From positions 558,001 to 622,000 of the forward strand of contig JBBPEB010000009.1 in the NCBI GenBank assembly GCA_039096225.1: a DNA stretch of 64,000 nt, in the 5' to 3' direction. The notes under the pieces were generated by a model, which worked only from the letters and a program-made list of their open reading frames with translations, did not search any database and had not been told where the DNA came from. The DNA is from Blastocystis sp. Blastoise (lineage: Eukaryota; Protista; Bigyra: Opalinata). Positions 56,112 to 64,000 of the stretch are shown here, piece by piece. How positions within the stretch are numbered: the stretch's first letter is position 1; each line of letters begins with the position of its first letter. The translations under genes were made by a program, and so were the position numbers.

Positions 56112-58049
56112 ATGAGCAGTGAAGATAAATCTGTGCAAAAGCTTGATATAGCGAAATATATTGATACTGAGCTTCAAAAGTATCATGAAACTGTAGAAAT
56201 GATGAAACGAGAGGTGAATAGTACGTTAAATGCTACTTTATCGAATTCTGAGATTATATTTAATAATATGAAGAAAATGATGAGCTACATTCGTGAGAAA
56301 GAGTCAAATCCTCAGTCTACAATGATAAAGCCTGTTCTTGATGAGATAAAGAGTCTTCAAAGTATGAGGAATGAAGATTCTGTGTTGGTATTATATGGAT
56401 TTTCGAAGAGTGTTTCAAAGTATTCAATTGAGCTTTCTTTATTAAACAAATATCCTGGATCATTGTTAACAGAAATATTTAGAAATAATAAAAAGCGTGA
56501 AGATAATGTAATTAACACGATCGATCATGATGATTTATTGTTTCCTGCTATTTTATATTATATGAAAACAAATGTATTAGATATAAAAGATAAGGATGAA
56601 TATTATATAGCAAAATTATATTCTGATTTTCGATTTTATAATTTACCTATTCCTTTAGAATTGATTCCTTATGGTTTAGAAAAAGATAAGCAAGAAAAAT
56701 GGTTTAGTTCTATAATAAATGTGAAAGTAGAAGATAAGATCTATATGATTAATCGTGAAGATTTACAGAAACGTCGTATAGATGATTCTTATTTTGATCA
56801 TCCCGTTAATAAATCTATACAATATGATATGATTAATAATATATTTATCTTAACAGAACAAACTCAGTATTTCCAATATATTTGTGATTATATAGAAGCT
56901 GGAGAAATCTTTATAAAAGAAGATCCTTCTTATATTCCTTATATACGTAAAACATTTGATTATTATTCTATTCCTATTAGTGATTTTGAATTTAATAAAT
57001 GTCTTAGTATTTCTGTATCTTCTTTCTTTCAAGGATCTACATTACTTAATACACAACATGCTATTTATTTAGCAGGATGGCTTGGACTAGAAAAGAAATG
57101 GACTATTATTTATAAGTATATATATTCTTTTTTATAGTTGTTATTATATATATATTTTTTTAGGTAAATTAGAATTCTTTTGCTATTTAATTATATAATC
57201 TAATATAATATAAAATATATAATATATTTATTATAGAGGTTCAGTAAATGGTTATAATGCTTCTGATTTTCATCATTATTGTGATAATTGTGGAGAAACA
57301 ATGACATTAATATATGCTAAAGGAAGTGATGATAAACCATGTTTATTTGGTGGATATACCTCGATCAGCTGGACATCTCCTAATTTTGATGGTATATATA
57401 TTGATTTTTAATAATAATAATGATAATATATATATATGTATTTCTTTATTAATTTTTTTTTTATTTATACTTTTGAAATAATTATATTTTCTTTATAAAG
57501 CTTTCCTGATTTATATTATTATGAGTATTAGTATTTTTCTACTCTTTTTACATTCATTTAAAAACACTATTCTTTCCTCTTATCATTATAATTTATAATC
57601 ATTATTCTTTATTATTATTTAAAATTACTATTCTTTATTATTATTATTTATAATCACTATTCTTTATCATTATTATTTAAAATCACTATTCTTATATATA
57701 TATAGGTTCTGAGAAGAAGAGAGATCCTGAAAGTTTCTTATTTACATTAGCAAATCCTCACGATATCCCTCCAACAAAATTCCCGTGTATATTAACAGGA
57801 TGGTCTGTTTGTCATTGTGCCTTGAATGGTCCTGTATTTGGTTTAAGTACTGTTTATAATGGAGCTGATTTATGTGTTTTAGATCATTGTAATAATTCAA
57901 AAGGTGCTTGGTCTTTCTTTAATAGTTGCTATGGTTTTGATAATACTACAGAAGCAGGTACATCTTTATTTGTAAATACTGCTCCTGATAATGAAAATAA
58001 TTGGTTTAAAGTTGAAGACATCGAAGTCTTCTCTTTAAATAAAGTCTAA
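56112..58049 (+). CDS. BTB/POZ-like (two repeats) + TLDc domain protein
   Basis: LLNKYPGSLL..IDHDDLLFPAILYY..DFRFYNL; second repeat FQYICDYI..FDYYSI; then IYKGSVNGYNASDFHHYCD, FGGYT, SFLFTL, GPVFG, VEDIEVF. Confidence 0.85.
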
Positions 58050-58990
58050 TTTATATATATTTATTTTTTTATATTCTTATATGTTTTTAAAAAATTATAA
58101 TAAAAATATTTTTATTGCTATTTATATATAAATCGCTTATTTTTCTTCTTTTTTTTTATTTTTGATGTGTTGTATTATGTAAAAATAATTAAGTATTATT
58201 TTATAATATAGGTATACTTTTAGTTTTTATTCAATAAATATTTATATATTTATTGAAAAAGAGAAGAAAATAACAGTGCTCTATAAATCTATGATCAGGT
58301 CGATTCATTTGTTTTATTTTGGATATTTTACTGTATTATTCTGTATATATAAGGTTTTAAAAATTATTTCATTCTTTGTTCTAATCATTTTTTTTTTATA
58401 AAGTCATTCATCTCATTTTCTTATATTCATGAATCTTGTTTTTCACTCCATAATATTCAGGATCCATTTTTTTTCAAATGAGAACTCTATTTTTTATTAA
58501 AGTTTGTATTTATTTTCGAAATGAAGATGAAATAAATGCATTGATGAATTAATTATAAATAAATCTTTTGTCTTAATTAGTGATCATTTCAAGTAATTCC
58601 AGTTTATTCTAATGAAATACAATTAATATGTAGAATCAACTTGAATGTTTTTACACATGATCAAAAAACGAACTTATCTCTACATGATGATAAAAACCTT
58701 TGTTAACATTAAAAAGAAATTTGTATTCATCATTCTTCTGTAACCAATCAAGTGTTGAACATCTGAATTTTAAAGAGTTCTCTCTTTTGGAATTATTTAT
58801 TTTTCCCTTAAAGAAAAGTATTTTCCCACGGATATCTAGTATTTCTAAAAATATATGGAAGCAAAAGCCTTCTCATGACACCACTTGAGAAACAGAATAT
58901 TTTGTTTGCTTCCTTTTTTTCTAAAGAGAAAAATAACTCAAAAGAATATCACATAATTTTTTAAATAAATAATAGATAATATAAAATAAA

Positions 58991-61307
58991 ATGTCAAAGC
59001 CAGATATTGCAGAAGATTGCATTAATCCTGATTTTGATCTCATTGTAATAGGTGGTGGTTCTGGAGGTATGGCATGCTCAAAGGAAGCTGCTGATCTCGG
59101 TGCTAATGTCGCCTTATTTGATTATGTAAAACCATCTCCTCAAGGATCTGTTTGGGGTCTTGGTGGTACTTGTGTAAATGTTGGTTGTATTCCTAAGAAG
59201 CTTATGCACCAAGCTTCTATTATTGGTGAATTCTTAGAAGATGCTAAGACTTTTGGTTGGGATGTACCTAAAGTAAATCATCATTGGAAGACTCTTGTGA
59301 ATAATGTTCAAGATTATATTCGTGGATTAAATTATTCTAGTCGTAGTACTCTTCTTTCTAAGCATGTCACTTATTATAATATGCTTGCTAAAGTTACAGA
59401 TAAATATACTGTTGAGGGTACTGATGTTTTTGGTGAAAAACATACATTTACTGCTCGTCGTATAGTTGTTGCTGTAGGTGGTCGTCCTAATAAATTAGGT
59501 TGTCCTGGTGATGAATATGCTATTTCTTCGGATGATCTTTTTATGTTAAATCATAATCCTGGGAAAACGCTTCTTGTTGGTGCTAGTTTTATTGCTCTTG
59601 AATGTGCTGGTTTCTTACATCATTTAGGGTATATTTTTTGTTGTTGTTGATTTATTTTTATTGTTGTTGTTGTAATTTTATTGTTGTTGTATTTTTATTG
59701 CTGTTGTAATTTTATTGTTATTGTAATTTTTATTGTTATTGTAATTTTTATTGTTATTGTAATTTTATTGTTATTGTAATTTTTATTATTATTGTAATTT
59801 TTTATATAATTATTTGTATATTATAATATGGTTTTATTATTTTCATTATTATTATTATTATTATCTAAATATATATATAGATTTGATGTAACTGTAATGG
59901 TTCGTTCTATTCTTCTTCGTGGTTTTGATCAAGAATGTGCTACTCAAATTGGTGATTTTATGAAAAATCAAGGTGTTCACTTCTTACATGGATATGTTCC
60001 TAGTGAAATATATATTATGTTATTATTATTTTATTATTTTTAATTTTTTTTTTGATTATTATTTTTTTAAAATTAAAAATAATAATAAGTTTTATTATAT
60101 ATAAATAATAAAGAGAGAAGATGGTAGATATTTAGTTAAATATAGTGGTGCTGCTTTAGCTAATGCAGATCTCACAGGAGAAGAAGTTTTTGATACTATT
60201 GTTTCTTGTACTGGTATGTTATTTTTATTGTTATTTGTTTTATTAATATAGTTTTTATTGCCATTATTTGTTTTTATTATTATTATTTTTTCATATTATT
60301 ATTTATTTTTACAATAATAATAATTATAATGATAATAATATATAGGTCGTTATGCTGATGTAGAGAAATTAGGTTTAAAGGAATTAGGTATAAAGATGAG
60401 AAAAGGAAAGATTATGTGTGTTAACGAACAAACTTCTATTCCTAATATATATGCTATTGGTGATGTTCTTTATGGTGGTAAAGAACTTACTCCTGTTGCT
60501 ATTCAAGCATATATATATTATTATTATTATTGTGTTTGTTATATTTATACTTATTATTATTATTTATAGGCTGGTAAATTACTTGCTAGACGTTTATATG
60601 GTAATAGTACTGAACAAATGGATTATAATGGAGTATATATATATGTAATATAATAATATAATATAATAATATATATATATATATATATATATAGGTTCCT
60701 ATGACAGTATTTACACCTCTTGAGTATGGTAATTGTGGTCTTACTGAAGAAGATGCTATTGAACTATATATTATATATTATATTATATTATATCATTATA
60801 TAAATACTATTATGATTAATCAATTTATTTACAAATAACTATATTCTTATTGTATTGAACAACTTGGTGATGATAATGTTGATGTTTATATATCTTATTT
60901 CACTCCTTTAGAATGGAAAATGCCTGAATCTAGAGTTAAAGATAAGTGCTTTGCTAAATTAGTTATAAATAGAAATACAAAAGAAATCATTGGTTTCCAT
61001 ATCTTATCTCCTAATGCTGGTGAAATTACACAAGTATATATAATACATAAATAATAAATAATAAATAATAACTAAATAAATAATAATAATAAATAATAGC
61101 TAAATAAATAATAGCTAAATAAATAAATAATAATAATAATAAATATATATTCTATAGGGTTATGGTTTAGCTATGAAGGCTCATGCTACTTATGATGATC
61201 TTATGAATGTAGTAGGTATTCATCCTACTATAGCTGAAGAATTTACTACTATTTCTACCACGAAACGTAGTGGACTCTCTGCTAAAAAAGGAAGTTGCTG
61301 AGGTTAA
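58991..61307 (+). CDS. TXNRD: High-Mr thioredoxin reductase, selenoprotein (C-terminal GSC-U-G)
   Basis: [37 protein letters not shown]; ends GGA AGT TGC TGA GGT TAA. Confidence 0.96.
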
Positions 61308-61620
61308 TCCCGAGGAATTCGGATAGATCTACTTAAATATAGAGAACTTAATCTATTTATTATATAATACTATTCATACTATATATATATAATAATATTT
61401 ATTTATTTTTTTGAGATTCTTTTAAATTATTCACTTTTTTATAATATTATTTTTTTGTGAATAATAATCTCTTTATATATATTTATATATTTATATTATT
61501 ATAAATTAAATAGATTATTTTACTTTGGTGATTTTATATATACCTCTATATTTATATCTATCCATTTTTATATTCCTTGGGTTACCTTATCCTTTATATA
61601 TATTATTATATGAAAAAGAT

Positions 61621-61686
61621 ATTATTGGTTATAGATGAGAGATTCAACTTAAATGCTTTTATAGCGGAGTTGTTTCTTGAATAATA
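61621..61686 (+). promoter_or_regulatory. SECIS element (type II) in the TrxR 3' UTR
   Basis: ATGA at 61635, 11-bp helix AGATTCAACTT/GAGTTGTTTCT, unpaired AAA at 61651-61653, apical minihelix TGCT/AGCG, 3' TGAA core at 61678, lower helix TTATT/AATAA. Confidence 0.88.
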
Positions 61687-61956
61687 AGACTCTTTTTCAT
61701 TTATTCTTACTTTTTTTATATTTATTAGTTTATATTAGATGTAATTGCTTTCACAATATTACATTTTTTTATATGTTTTGTTATTACATGTATAACTATA
61801 ATTGTTATAATTATAATTAATAAACACAACAATATTGTTAAATACTCATAAACTAGAAAAAAATAACAGAAATTATTAAAAAGAAAATACAAACTATGGA
61901 AAAAGAATTATGTATACATTTGATATGAATATATATAATATATAATAGAAATGAAT

Positions 61957-62469
61957 TTATTGTTCACCACCTAACATTAATGTAACTCTACGAACAATAG
62001 TATCTTTACTAGGATCATAACTATATATATTTATATATAATTAATTTGAAATAAGAATTTTTTTTTTAATAATCATAAAAAAATAAAAATAAAAATAAAA
62101 ATAAAAATAAAAATAAAAATAAAAATAAAAATAAAAATAAAAATAAAAATAAAAATAAAAATAAAAATACGGTTTATCTTTAGTAGGAATTTCTAAGATT
62201 GTAGGTACAGTTCCTTTATAAGCATTGATTAAATGACGTATTTCATCAGCTTGAGATTGGTTTATCATAATAATACCAATATCTTTACGTTCAGTAAATC
62301 TTGTAAATACTTCTTCAAGCTCTGTAGTCTTAGTATTCTTATCAGCAACAAAATAATTGCTTCCTTCTCTTCCAGTATTATCTCCAGCACCAGCTAATAA
62401 AAATCCAGTAACTGTATCTTCATCACCAATAACAGCAATAAGTTTTTCAGCATCTCCTATTTGAGCCAT
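61957..62469 (-). CDS. VMA7: V-type ATPase subunit F
   Basis: LIAVIGDEDTVTGFLLAG...PTILEIPTKDKP|YDPSKDTI, one intron. Confidence 0.96.
62079..62169. repeat. (TAAAAA)n intronic repeat
   Basis: Hexamer array in the V-ATPase F intron. Confidence 0.9.
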
Positions 62470-62738
62470 CTGTTTCTATTATAATATAATATTATCTTTT
62501 ATCAAATCAAGAACACAAGTATTCCTTTAATATTTATAAAAATAATTGGTAAGAATCTTGATTATCCTAAAAAAATTCAGTTTAAAAAATAAACTGGCCA
62601 ATTCTTCAACAATTTCTTTTTGTTTATCATTTTTTCTTGTAGCAATTTCTCAGTTTCTCAGTTTCTCAGTTTGCTTGATCTTTTCTATTTTGTTATTTTG
62701 TTTTTGTTTTGTTTAATTATAATCGTTATAATTATATC

Positions 62739-63515
62739 ATGTTTTCCATACTAACTAGACGTCTAAGTTCTTCTTCAAAAAGAATTTTTCCAAATTTAAA
62801 AACTCTTTCTAATGAAGAAATTATCAAAATGGTTCAAGCAAAAGAAGTCCCTCATTATCGATTAGAAGATCTACTTGAAGATCCATTGAGAGCTATTGAA
62901 ATTCGTAGAAAAGCTCTTCTTAATTCGAAATCTGAATGTATTGGATCTATTCCTGTGAATAATTGGGATTCTACTTCTTTCTTTACTCGTGTTCAAGGAA
63001 GAAATTGCGAAAATGTTATTGGTTTTACACCTATTCCTTTAGGTGTTGTAGGTCCACTTACTGTTAATGGCGAATCTCATTATGTACCCCTAGCTACTAC
63101 TGAAGGTGCTCTTATTGCATCTACAAATAGAGGTATAATTTATTTTTTTTATTATATATATATTTTTTATTTATATAATGTATTTGTTTTTATTATATAT
63201 ATATGTTTTTTTTTATAATATGTTTTTTATTATATATATTCATTTTTTTTATTAATATATAAATAAATATATATAGTTTCAAGATACTATATTGAATATG
63301 TTTTCTAATGATATAACTATATAGGTATTACTGCATTAACTCGTTGTGGAGGTGTAATTGCACGTGTAACTTCAGATGCTATGACTAGAGCTCCTATTTT
63401 AAAATGTAAGAATTTAGATCAAACTTTAGAAATTAAACATTATATTGATTCTGAAGAAGGTTATAAAGATATATGTAATTCTTTTGAAACTACTACTTCT
63501 CATGGAAAAGTTAAA

Positions 63516-63564
<49 letters not shown>

Positions 63565-63733
63565 TTGTAGTTTTTTAAAAATGAATATATATAATATTCT
63601 ATAGTATTCTATTTTGTTATAATATATATGATGCTATTTATATAGGAAATAAAATCTTGGATTATTGGTAATAGAATTCATATTAGAATTGAAGCTGAAA
63701 CTGGTATTTTTTGAAATAATAATAATAATAATT

Positions 63734-63764
<31 letters not shown>

Positions 63765-64000
63765 GTATTATTATAATTATATTTATTATTATTATTATTA
63801 TGTTTCTCTCTCTATATATATAAATAAAGGTGAAGCAATGGGTATGAATATGTTGACAAAAGGTAGTGAAAAGGCGATGAAACATATATGCTCTCTTTAT
63901 GAAGGAGTCACGCTCGATACACTCTCAGGAAATATGTGTATAAGGATATGATAATAATTATATATAATAAATGTAATAATATATAATAAACATAATAAGT
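62739..64000 (+). CDS. HMGR: Class I HMG-CoA reductase, soluble form (3' partial)
   Basis: NCENVIG, PLATTEGALIAS, MTRAP, TGEAMGMNM, SGNM. No N-terminal membrane domain. Confidence 0.93.

Noticed and set aside
60764-60860. An inverted (CT...AC) canonical intron from an antisense transcript
   Set aside because: Removing CT..AC shifts the TrxR frame by one base; only a 96-nt excision restores it.
61308-61325. Small CCGA/TCGG hairpin right after the TrxR stop as the SECIS
   Set aside because: It lacks the AUGA/GA core and AA loop; the proper candidate is at 61621-61686.

Overview
Very AT-rich, intron-dense eukaryotic nuclear DNA read with the standard code. Gene content is consistent with a gut-dwelling stramenopile of the Blastocystis/Proteromonas type, but that assignment is inference only. 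I manually spliced 18 protein-coding genes (2 cut by the window edges): a secreted F5/8-like protein, a UEV-kinase fusion, an inositol polyphosphate kinase, a bHLH factor, a TBC-rhodanese protein, Fab1/PIKfyve, a lipoate ligase, mitochondrial EF-G, MutY, a class-3 lipase, a surface solute-binding-like protein, a GH31 hydrolase, a pseudokinase-TLDc fusion, an ABCC transporter, a BTB-TLDc protein, a selenoprotein thioredoxin reductase with a SECIS, V-ATPase F and HMG-CoA reductase. There are also two tRNAs. Most introns are GTATAT...TATAG and filled with microsatellites. The main discovery is a set of introns that restore the reading frame or conserved motifs only with non-canonical ends (CT-AA, AT-AA, AT-AC, TT-AG, possibly GT-AA). 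Most of their donors keep the xTATAT consensus but vary at the first base, which suggests relaxed terminal-nucleotide recognition by the spliceosome. One U12-like AT-AC intron splits the lipase catalytic GHSLG motif. CDS coordinates span first to last codon including introns and come from manual splicing, not from transcript data.
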